DNA from: Rhizaria sp. SCN 62-66
Lineage: Eukaryota
Direction of reading: 5' to 3'
Length of the DNA stretch: 58,732 bases
Assembly: GCA_001724265.1 (NCBI GenBank)
Contig: MEDY01000165.1
Location: 1-58,732, forward strand
Both the position numbers and the translations under genes were made by a program. The notes under the pieces are model-generated. The model did no database searches. It was not told the DNA's origin and was given only the letters and a program-made list of their open reading frames with translations. Shown here in pieces: positions 13,501 through 24,732 of this stretch. The stretch's first letter is position 1; each line of letters starts with the position of its first letter.

Positions 13501-16140
13501 CCGCGCCACCAGTCGGTGTTCTGGCTGCCCGCCACGTACCGCCGCGCGCGCCGCGGGTGGCACCAGTTCGAGCTCGAGATCGCCGTCGCGACGGGCATGG
13601 AGCACGACCTCGACACCTCTGCGGCCACTGGCGGCGACGACGAGGGCGAAGGCTGCCACCTGTATTCGCTCGAGCTCGCCGTCGTGCCCGTCGCGGCGCT
13701 GCAGGAACACCTGTTCCGCTCCGACTGCGTTCAGAAGCTGCCCCCCGCGCACATCCCGTTCGACGAGCTGGGCCGCGGGCTGCTGTCGCTGCCCGACGGC
13801 GTATGGCAGTCGGGCCTGGTGGACCAGGCGCAGGGCGCGACCCGCGGCGACGACGCCACGATTGCGCACGGCAAGAGCTACCGCATGCGGCTGCACGTCA
13901 TGGAGGACGCGATCATCTCCTCTCAGCTCCGCTTCTCGTTCGTCACGGCGTCGTTCCGCATGATCATCTACAAGATCGAAGACGACGGCGAGGCTTACGA
14001 GTTCGCTCGCGCGCGCAACGTGCCTGCCGTGCTCTCTGGCCGCCACGAGGTGCCGCTGGGCCACGCGCTGTCGTTCGACCAGTCGCTCGACGTGTCGATC
14101 CGCCTGCCGCAAGGCAACTACCACATCGAGATCCAGGAGCAGATGTCCACTGCGCTGCACGAGATCTTGGGCCGCCTCGCGCTCATGCGCGCTGAGAAGA
14201 ACGGTGCGACCACGGTGACCAAGATGGAGCTCAAGTCGCTCACGTCGCAGCCGCTGTGCGTGCCGTTCGCTTTCTTCTTCGAGATGACGCCCGTGTATGC
14301 CGCGCGCGAGCACGGCACTGGCACGCACATGGCCATGCAGCGCATCGCTGCCGAGGCGCAGCAGCTCGCCGCCGCCGCCGCCGCCAACGGGGGTGTGCTG
14401 CCGCCGGAGCTCGCCGCCAGCGCCAGCGCGGGCTCGGCCTTCAGCCACGGCGAGAGCGTGTGCCGCGTCGAAGCCTGCGGCTGCAAGAACGCCGACGTGT
14501 TCGCGCACTCGCGCGACGACGCCAACACCAATACCGTCTCCGCGGCCGTCGCGACGCTGCCGCGCGGCATGCGCGCGAACCAGTGCCAGGTCGCCGGCAC
14601 GTGCACGCCGCTGGCCACGGCCGCCGCGAAGCGCAATGCGTTCGTGTGTCAGTGCGCGCGCGGGTACTCCGGCGCTCGCTGCGAGCGCTGCGCGTACGGC
14701 TACGCCAACTACCCCACGTGCACGCGGCTCCCGACCAAGGAGGAGCTGGCCGAGGCCGAGGAGGAGCGGCTGGCGGCCGAGGAGGAGGCCGAGGTCGCGG
14801 CCGAGGAGGCCGCTGCGCAGGCTGAGGCGCAGAGCCTGGTGGACGAGTGGGGCAGCCCGTCGTCGCTGATCGATACCAAGGTCGTCAACGGCACCACGAT
14901 CATCTCGATCCCGACCGACTTTGACATCGAGAAGGCCTTCTCGAACCCGTTCGTGGTGCCCTTCGACGTGCATTCGCTGGCCATCGGCGCCGACCTCAAG
15001 AAGAACCTCATCTCGGAGCCCGTGCTGCCGCCCACGCACAGCAAGGAGCTCGTGTCGAAACGCACCGGCAAGAAGTACCACCCTGCAGTGACGATTCCGA
15101 CCACGCCCAACCACATCAAGGGCAAGGGCGCGCCCATCACCAAGTCCGGCAGCGCCGCGGCAGCCTCTGGCGTCGACACCGGCGCCAGCGCGGGCGTGGT
15201 GTTCACGAGCGCGCCCACGGGCCCATCCGGCGCGGGAACGGCTGCATCCGCGGCAGCGACGGGCGAGCGGCGCATCCACTGCGCGCGGCCGTGCTACCGT
15301 GGCCGGTGCGACTACACGACGGGCCGGTGCGTGACGGACATCGACGTGGTGACGCCGTCCAAGGGCGACGTGTCGACGGGCCACGAGGGCACGGGCCGCG
15401 AGACGTCCGCGAGCGAGACCGTGGTGGAGGAGACGACCCCCGCAGAGTTGCTGGAGCAGGAGGCCCTCGCCAAGGCCAAGGCCAAGGCGCACGCGGGCAA
15501 GTCCACCACCGGCGCCGGCGCCAGCGCGGGCGTGCGCCCGGCCTTAGGCGGCGCGGGCGGGACCGCGGGCGTGATGTTCATCGACCCGCGCGCCTCGGCC
15601 TGGGACCGGCTGCTGTCGGCGCTGGCCTACACGCTCGGCGCGCTCATCTGCGTGCTCGCGTGCGCCGTGTTGGGCCTGCTCGCGCTCGACTCCAACTCCA
15701 ACGCCAACGGCAACCGGCAGCGCTGGCCGACCTCGGCCGCTGAGTGGGCTGCGCTCCTCGCCAGCGGGCTCGGCGCCGCCGCGGGCCGCGCGAGCGCCGC
15801 CGCGGGATGGGCCTTCCGCGCGTCGGGCGCCCGCTCTGGCGTGCGCTCGCTGGGCAAGAAGGTTGGACTTCAGCTTTTTGCGGGCGAGGGCGAGGACCGC
15901 GCCGCGCTCATCCACGGCCGCGGCGGCGCCGGCGCCAAGGGCGCGGGCGCGGCGCGGCACCAGGGTGTCACCTTCGGCGAGTGCGTGACCGCGACGGGCG
16001 GCCGCGCTGGCAGCGGCAACGGCAACGCCAACGGGGAGCTAAGTCTGGACGACGATGCCAGTGAGATGGAGGGCGGCGGCCGCATCAGGCGGACGGCGAC
16101 TGGGAACGGTGGCGCTGGCATCGCGCGTGTGTTGCAGTGA
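1540..16140 (+). CDS. Giant (~4,732 aa) predicted membrane-anchored surface protein: long helical N-terminal region, EGF/laminin-EGF-like domains, ten beta-sandwich-like modules, C-terminal TM helix
   Basis: Exons 1540-2237, 2385-4625, 4762-7777 and 7897-16140 join in frame across GT-AG introns 2238-2384, 4626-4761 and 7778-7896; stop TGA. N-terminal hydrophobic segment ALTALTIFILAILSVLTSF. Cys patterns CNHHGLC..CLCDPGF..CSTC..YPDC, CQCARGYSGARCERCAYGYANYPTC and CARPCYRGRCDYTTGRC. TM segment LLSALAYTLGALICVLACAVLGLLAL. The start is uncertain: the frame is open upstream and there is a possible acceptor AG near 1436. Confidence 0.85.
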
Positions 16141-16775
16141 AACAGACAGAGAGAAACACCTGTCGCAGCAGCACATAATCGGCACGGCTAGTAATGCTTG
16201 TCGTGTGAGTAGTTATGAGCTGTGAAATATTATTTGATATGAATATGCTTACGTTAGTTAGCACTAGTGTTAGTGATGCACGCTATAAGAGAGCTTTTCT
16301 GGTTACTGTTTGTTTATAACAAAAGTAATTGTGAGAAAAGCGGAGCGAAGAAGTTTGCAAGGAAGGAGGGTCAGTTATTTTCAACAAGATAATTACGTCC
16401 AAAATGATTTCAATAGAAACAATATTTTCAACAAACTTTGATTTAATTTCAACAATTCTTATTGAGTAGCAGCGTTCAACCTCCGAATGTCTTATTTGAC
16501 AGCGCTTATGTTGCCAGATGTAAGCGTAACTGAGGTTCGCTTGTTGTTGTGACACTGGGAGGGGTGACAATGCAAGCATGCCCAGGAAGGACATGCTTGC
16601 ATTCCGCAGATTGTCGAGATCGATTATCGTTGTGATGATGTCGAAGGATGCCTCTGTGGTTCAATCATCGGGTGTGTTACATATTAGAATATATAATTCA
16701 ATTTTAAATATCTCACAAAACCCTATTGTTACGTGTATATGACCTCCGTCTTGGTCCCTTAGCCCAGTCTGTCCG

Positions 16776-19404
16776 ATGGACCCTGAGCCGTGGTACTGGG
16801 CATCCCACCCTGCCGAGGGGTGGGTGCCAGTGCGCGTGCAGTCCGCCCCAGAAGGCGGTTCCATTGGTACTCTGCCTTCTGGAGAGCAGATTTTGCTCAA
16901 CAATACGTCATCACTGCTCCCCGCGAACGAGAAGTCGCTGCAGCCATGTGAGAACTTAACCTCGCTTCAGGAGCTGACCGAGCCTGCCCTGCTTTGGTGC
17001 CTCAAGCAGCGTTTCCTAAGTCCTCGCTGCGACATGTACACCTACATCTCGTCTATTCTTGTCTCCGTGAACCCGTTCAAGCAGATCCCGTCCCTCTTCT
17101 CGCCGCATGTGATGACGACGTATCGCGACGCTCTCTCGCGCCGTGCCGAGATGCCGCCTCACGTGTACGCGCTCGCGGACCGTGCTTTCAAGTCGCTCTC
17201 TACCGCGCCCACGGCGGCGACTACGGGAGCGCGCGTGGCCGTTGTTATCTCCGGTGAGTCCGGAGCAGGCAAGTCAGAGGCCACGAAGCTTGTGATGCAA
17301 TATCTAGCAGAGTGTTCCGGACAGGTACGTTTCGACAACTAGTACATTTAAAGCCTCTGTAGTTCATTGTAATTACTCCATGTACGAAATATATTTGAAT
17401 ATAATGTTACATATGTTTATTAGTAGCTTATAAGCGCGATATTTTTTGGTTTTGCTCAACTTAGGGGAGTGATGTGGAGCAGGCAGTGCTCGAGTCAAAC
17501 CCGATTCTCGAGGCTTTCGGCAACGCCAAGACCGTGCGCAACGACAACTCGTCCCGCTTTGGCAAGTGGATTCAGATTTGGTTTGACGACCGCCACTGCA
17601 TCGCCGGCGCGTCCATTACGTCGTACCTGCTCGAGCGCTCCCGCATCGTCACGCAGTCCCCCGGCGAGCGCAACTACCACATCTTCTACCAGCTCCTCTC
17701 CGGGCTCGACCCCGCCGAGCGCGCCGAGCTGGGCCTGACGCGCGCCGCGGACTTTGCGCTGCTGCGCGGCGGCGGCGCGGCGGCGGCGTCGGTGGCGGGC
17801 ATCGACGACGGCGACGACTGCCAACGTGTGCGCCACTCGCTCCGCGTGCTGGGGCTTTCACAGCAGGAGACGGCGGAGGTCTTCCGCCTCACCGCCGCGC
17901 TGCTGCACCTCGGCAACGTGCAGTTTGCGGACTCGCCCGCCGCGCCCGACGCCGCAGCCCTCGCGCCGGGCCCCGCACTGGCCACGGCGGCGCGGCTGCT
18001 GCGGGTCGACGCCGCCGCGCTCGAGGCCGCGTTGCTGACGCAGAGGCGCTCGATGGGCAAGGAGAGCGTTGTGTCGCACAAGTCGCGCGTTGCCGCCGAG
18101 GCCGGGCTGCTGGCTGCGATTAAGACCGTGTACGCACAGCAGTTCGAGTGGATCGTGCAGCGCATCAACCAGTCGCTGCAGCCGCCGGCGACTGCGCGCG
18201 CGAAGCATTTCGTCGGCGTTCTCGACATCTTCGGGTTTGAAGTGTTCGAGAGCAACTACTTTGAGCAGCTGTGCATCAACTTCACGAACGAGTCGATGCA
18301 GGCGCACTTCAACCAGCACGTGTTCCGGCTCGAGCTGGACGCGTACAAGGCCGACGGTGTCACCGACGTCGACACTGCGTCGGTGGGCTTCATCGACAAC
18401 CAGGGCTGTCTGGACATGATCGAGAAGGGCCGTCAGAGCGTGTTCGCGCTTGTCGATGACGAGATCCGCACCCCCAAGGGCTCCGACGCCGGGTTATTGG
18501 ACAAGCTGCACAGCACGTTCGCGGGCAACGGCTTCTACAGCCGGCCGAAGCTGCGCGCTGACAAGAGCTTCGTGGTCAAGCATTACGCGGGTGAGGTTGA
18601 GTACAACATCGAGGGCTTTCTCGCCAAGAACAAGGACACGGTCGAGTTGGGCGTGGCCGCGGTGCTCGCCGCCAGCGCATCGCCACTGCTGTCCGCGATC
18701 ATGAAGCAGCAGCCCTCGGACTCGGCGGCGACGGCGGCCAACACGAGCGTGGTGTCTATGTTCAAGCGACAGCTGCAGGCGCTCGTGGCCGTGTTGTCGT
18801 CGTGCGAGCCGCACTTTATCCGCTGCATCAAGTCCAACCTCTCCAAGAGTGCGGGCGTGTTCGATGGCGACCTGGTGCTCAAGCAGCTCCGCTACCTCGG
18901 TTTGCGCGACGTCGTGCTCATGCGCCAGCAGGGCTTCCCCATCCGTATCCCGCACGGCGACTTCGCCGGCCGCTACCGCGCGCTGCTCCCGGCCGCCGCG
19001 CAGCGCCAGGCGCTCTCGGCCGCGGCGCGCGGCAGTAAGGAGCAGCTCGCACAGGCCGCGCGCGACACCTGCCAGGGCATCCTCGCGCTCGCCGACCCGG
19101 CCCGCGTGCTGTCGCGCCGCGGCCTGACGCTGATCTTCCTGCGCGCCGAGCTGCAGGCGCAGCTGGAGGCCGCGCGCGACGCCGCGCTGTCCGGCACCGT
19201 GCTGCGGCTGCAGTGCGCCGTCCGCATGTGGCTACACCGGCGGCGCTTTCTCCGCGTGCGCGCCGCTTCGCGGCAGCTGTCAGCCGCGATCGCTGCCGCG
19301 CACAACGCCGTTGCCGCTGGGTGCAGCGACGTTGCCGCCGCCGCCGCCGCGCTCGCCGCGCTCGACGCCGCCGCGGACGCCGCCGACGCCTGCTCCGCCG
19401 CCGC

Positions 19405-19435
<31 letters not shown>

Positions 19436-22400
19436 AACGCGGCCAACGCACCCCTGGTCGCGCCGTGCGTGCCTCCGACGGCGCTGATGCAGGCGCTCGA
19501 GCTGCGCGCGCGCCTGGACCGCGCCACGGCGGCCACGCGCGCGCTGCTCTCGGCCACCGCGGCCAAGGACGCCGGGCTGCTGTCGGCCGCGCTCGCCGCC
19601 GCCGCGGCCGCCAAGCTCACCGCGGCGAGCTCTCCCGCGCTTGCGGCCGCGCAGTCGCTGTCCCTGGAGCTCGCGACGTTCGCCGCCGTCAGCGCCGCCG
19701 CGGTCAAGTCACGCGCGCTGGCCGAGCTGGACGCCGCGCTGGCCACCGCCGCGCGGCTGCAGCTGTCCGCGCAGGCGACCACGGCGCTGGCCGCGACGCG
19801 CGCCGCCGTCGTGGCAGAACAAGAGGAGCAGCAGCGGCAGCAGCAGGCCGCCGAGGAGGCGACGGCGGGCATCCTGACCGCGCTGGCCGCGCTGGCCGCG
19901 TCCGCCGCGCCTAAGCGCGTGGCGCTGGAGATGGCCATCGACCGCGCGCGCAGAGCCGGCGTGGCCGAGGCGGCGCCGGAGCTGGCGGCCGCGGTGGCCG
20001 CGCTCGAGGTGGTGAAGCAGAAGCAGCAGGCGATGACTGCGCGCGGATCGGTGGTATCGACCACAACCGGCGCGCTGCTGCCGCCGCCGCCGCCGAGACA
20101 CTCCCAGGTCTTTACCGCGCCCCGCGCGAACAACGGCGTCAACACCAACGACCACGCCGCCGCTGCTGCGGCCGCCGCCGCTGCTGCCAGTGCTGCGGGC
20201 GGCGTGCACTCGCTGCCCCCGCCGCGGTTTGTGCCGGGTACGCGCGCGTCGCGCCCGCTGCCGCCGCCGCCGCCGCTGGCCTCGCCCTCGAGTGCGGGGG
20301 CTTTCCCCGGCGGCACGGTGCGGCCCAGCCCCTCGCCATCGCCACCGCCGCCGCCGCCGTCCAAGTACTCGGTCAGCACCAGCGTCCCGCCGCCGCCGCC
20401 GCCGGTGCCGTTCACGGCCCGCGGCGGCGACGGCCACTGCGACATCGACGACGAGGCCGGGGACGTCTACGGCTCGTTGCCGCCGCCGCCGCCGCCGCCA
20501 CCGCCGCCGGCCGACGACGACGACACGGCGAACCCCTGGGACGGCGTCTCTCTGCCCGTGCTCGAGTCGTCTCTGGCCGAGGCGCTGGCGGCGGGCGTCG
20601 ACGACTCGGCACTGACGGACCTCCGCGCCGCGCTGGCGTCGCGCACGCGCACGGCGCACGCCGCCACGCTGTTGCGCGCCGCCGCGGCCGCGGAGGACGA
20701 GAGCCTGCTCACGCACGCGCTCGCCGCCGCCGCCGCCGCCGCCGCCCCCGCGCCTGCGGCGGCCCCGTCCGTTGCGCGCGCTGACCCGGACTTCGCAGAG
20801 GCCTACGCCTCCGCCGCGGACGCGCACGCGCGGCTTATTAGCGCCCGCGCGCTGCGCTCGCAGCGGCTTGCGTCTGCGCGCCGCTCCGTGCTGCACCTCG
20901 GCGCGATCGCAGGCGCGGTCAACTCGATCCGCGCGGGCACGGGAGGCAAGCGCGGCGCTGCTGCCGGCGAGGCCGCGGCCGCCGTCGCCGCCGCAGTCGC
21001 TGCTTCGGCCGCCTCGGCTGCGGCGACGGCGGCTGCGGCAGCCGCAGCCGCGGACCCGCGCGTGCTGGCCCGCAACGACCTGGAGGCCCTGGCGGCGATG
21101 TCGGAGCCCGAGATCGCGGCGGCGGTGGCGCGCGCGTGCGACCCCATCGCGGCGTGCACGGTCGCCGACGTTGAGATCACGGTCACGGCCACCGGCGGTG
21201 CCACGGCGGGCGCGCGCGTGGGCGACGACGACGGCGCGTACGCGCTGTCTAAGTTCCCGCACCTGCGCGACGTGGGTGACTTTGCCGCCAAGGCGAGCTG
21301 GTTCCGCCGCGACACGTCCCCGTCTGCAATGCTCGCACACACGACGCACGACCTGCCCGCCACGCTCACGCGGCTGGATAAGTTCAACCCGGCAACGCTG
21401 CGCTACCGGCCCGACCCCGCGCTGCCCCGCTCAGCGCGGCCCGACGAGGCGGCGCGCGAGGCCAAGTACGCCACGTCGCTGTTTAAGACGGTGCAGGCGT
21501 ACATGCTGGACCGCAAGCTGTCGTTTGCCGACGCGCTGGTGGCCGAGCTGCTGCTGACCGCGCACGCGCTGCCGCAGCTGCGCGACGAGCTCTACGCGCA
21601 GATTATGAAGCAGCTCACGCTTACGCCCACGGCCGCGGGCTTTCTCGCCGGCTGGCGCCTGTTATGCCTCTGCTGCCTGCACTTCGCGCCCTCGCTGACC
21701 GCGACGCCGTTCGTCGTGCGCTTCATCATGCGCCACCTCGCGCGGCTGCCGGCCAACTGCCCGCCCGCGCATGCGCTCGCGCTCGCCGCCAAGGCCGCCG
21801 ACGCCAGCAGCTCCGGAAAGAGCTCCGGCGTCGCCAACATGAACAGCAGCGGTATCGAGATCTTGACTCCGGAGCAGGCGGACTATATCAACTCCTGCGC
21901 TCTGTACTGTTCGAACGTGCTGCCGCGCACGCTGCTGGAGACTGTCGTTACCGCTTCGGCCGCCGCTCGCACGCGGCTCTCCAACGCCAACAGCAATCCC
22001 GCTGCCGCCACTCTGAGCGCGACCAACTCGCTCACGGCAAAGGACCGGGACTCGTACACCGTCGGCGCGGTCCTCACGCCGTCATACACGCTGTCCCCGC
22101 CGTGCTTCTCGCTGTCGCTCTTCACGCCGCCGCCGCTGCTCGCTCTGTCGCTGCTGGACGCCGTGACGGCCTTCCCGTCGCGGCTGCTGCGGCCCGGGCT
22201 CGCGCTGTGCCACTTCCCCGACGGCTCTGCGCTCTCGGTCCGCGCCTTCCCCTGGGACAGTGGCCGCGACGTCGCGCGCCGCGCCGCCGCCGCCGCAGGC
22301 ATGACAGACCTCACCGGGCTCGCGCTGTACGAGTCCGTCGCGGGCGCCTGCTACGAGTTGGCGGATACTGAGTCGCCGCTCGACGTGCTGCAGCGCTGGG

Positions 22401-23854
22401 AGCTGCTGCGCATGGCCGCCACGGCTGGCGCGGGGGACGACTTCGAGTCCGCGCTCCAGAGCAACAATACGAATGAGGGTAGTTCTAGCAGTAGCGAAAA
22501 CGAGGCGCATGTGTCCGCGACAGTTAAGCGCAGCTTCTTCAAGTCCCTGTTCAAACGCAACAAGACGGCTTCGGAGCAGCAGAAGCAGCGCATCGTCGCT
22601 CTGGCCGCGAACAACAGCACGGGTGCCAGCAGCTACAGCGGCGCTGGCGCGAGCGCGTCGGAGTTGACCGTGGCTGACGCGTGCGGACTGCCGCTGACGG
22701 ACCCGCTGGGCCGGCGCAAGCTCCTGGTCCGCAAGCGCGTGTCGTACCCACACCCGCCGACGCTGTCGCCGGACCCTGTGCACAACCTGTTCGTGTTTCA
22801 CCAAACGCGCGCGGATATCGAGGCCGGGCTGCACCACCTGCATCTCGACTCGGCCGCCATGCTCGCCTTCATCGTGTGCCATCTGCTCCCGCGCCTCACC
22901 CCCATCGCGCACTGCGCCGACAGGACCATCGCCCTCGCCAACTCGGCCCGCGCGCCCGCGCTGTACCCGCCCGCGCCCGACCTCCCCGCCTCGCTCGCCC
23001 CGCGCTGCCCGCTGAACTTGCTCGCGGGCCCGCAGCGCGTCACCCCGCCGGCCTTTGCCGCGGCCACCTCGGCCGTGTCGGGCGTGCCAGTCGACTCGCT
23101 GTCCCCCGAGCAGTACGTCATGACTGCGGCCGGGCTGCCGACCTTCGGCGCGGTGTTTTTCCCCGCTGACGGCGCGCCGACGCTGGCACCCGCGCTGCCG
23201 CCCTTGGTGATGCTGGGCGTCAACAGCGTCGGCGTGTTCCTGCTGCACGGCGTCACGCGCGAGCCCATCGCCTCGTACCCGCTGCAGGACGTGCTCAGCT
23301 GGGCGCTCACGCCGCTCGCCGCCTCGCCGCTGCTGCCCCCGCTCTCCAACCACGGCAACAGCGGCAGCAGCGCCGCCACTGCGAGCGCCGACGCCTCCAG
23401 CGCGAGCGCGAGTGCGGGCGCTGGCGCTGGCGCGGGGCCGGAAGGCAATGAAGACGGCGGGCTGACGATCAAGGGCGGGAGCAAGATGCGCGCCGCCGCG
23501 CTCGCCGCCGCCGCCGCCGCAGCCGTCAACCCCAACGGCGCCGCGGGCCACACCGCCGCTGCTGCGACGAGCAGCCACAATCACCACGTGACTGCCGGTG
23601 CGGCCGGCAGTGGCACTAGCGGCGGCGCTGGCATTGCTCGCGCGCCGCAGCAGATCGTGATTAAAATCCAGGTCGCTGCGGCTGCGACGGCGGCGGCGCC
23701 GGGCACGGAGGCCGCTGCGGGTGCCAAGGCGGCGCCGGGCACCACGGTCACGACACTGCGGCTTAACTTTGATGAGGGCAGGACGGGCAGGGAAGTGTGC
23801 GATTTGCTGGCGTTTTATGCTGAGAAGCTTGTTCAGAAACTCAAGCAGCAGTAA
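16776..23854 (+). CDS. Unconventional myosin heavy chain (~2,312 aa): motor, IQ, Ala-rich helical and polyproline tail, MyTH4-FERM
   Basis: Exons 16776-17324 and 17465-23854 (intron 17325-17464); stop TAA. P-loop GESGAGKS, switch I NDNSSRFGK, switch II DIFGFE, EQLCINFTNE, PHFIRCIK. IQ-like LQCAVRMWLHRRRF. MyTH4 LRDELYAQIMKQLT..GWRLLCLC...FAPS. FERM-like lobes HFPDGS, KLLVRKR and LPTFGAVFF..LGVNSVGVFLL. Confidence 0.95.
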
Positions 23855-24732
23855 TAACAGCGTGCAGCAAACTAAGTGCAAGTACGAACTTTCACACTTT
23901 CAACAAGTTTCCAGTGCTAATTGTTAGGCACTTAAAATTTCGGAATTTTGATTTAGTTTGCAGTCAAAGAAGAATGCATTGCACTATACTGACGTAAAAA
24001 AAGACCTTAAAAGAAGCTCTTATTCATCACCCTGTTTTGTCTACTACAAGTACGAGATACGGCGATTTGAATTGAAGCTCACACAAAATTGATGATTGTC
24101 TGTTTTCTTTTCTAAATGTCACGTTTTATTTGTAACAATTATGAGTATCCCTCTATTAATACAGATACCTCGTTTTTTCTCGAACTTGATTCTTATATTT
24201 GCAATGAACTGTTAGAAACGAAGCGTTTCCGGAGAAAAATCAATCCAAATCATATTTTTTTCAGAATGATATTAAGGTAATAGGTCAATTGCATATTCTT
24301 AAGTGTGAAATTGACATATAATCCAGATTTCTTTTGTTTTGGTCGAGAAATCATTTCCGAGTAAAGTCGTTTGATCGCGTGAAAAATGATTGTTGAATGA
24401 GTTGATAAGTGTGTGATGCAGATGCTGAATTACAGGACACATATTGTATTCCCCAAGCACGTATACAGCAAAATAAAGCTATTGTAACATAAAATAATGT
24501 TCATTTCACAAATAAATACACTGTTGTTTCATCGTGTTTCGACTCGAATTCGACGAGTAAGAGTGAAAAGACAGTTCATTTACTTGCATTTAAGATTTAA
24601 GAAGAGTTTAGACACATTCTAATTGGTGCTTAAACCTTTAGACTACAGTATATAAATTACATTGTACATATTTCTTTGTCATGATAATAGACAGTGGTAT
24701 CGCAACTTTCACTCACTTCCGTATGAAAGTGC

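Noticed and set aside
13843-13851. RGD tripeptide in the giant surface protein
   Set aside because: Expected by chance in a 4,700-aa R/G/D-rich protein; no supporting context.
16635-16762. Possible extra upstream coding exon for the myosin (ATG ATG TCG AAG...)
   Set aside because: Neither nearby GT donor joins in frame to the acceptor at 16762, and neither matches the GTACG consensus. At most a 5' UTR intron.
16632-16790. Box C-like GTGATGA as a possible C/D snoRNA
   Set aside because: No suitably placed box D or terminal stem; the next CTGA lies inside the myosin CDS.
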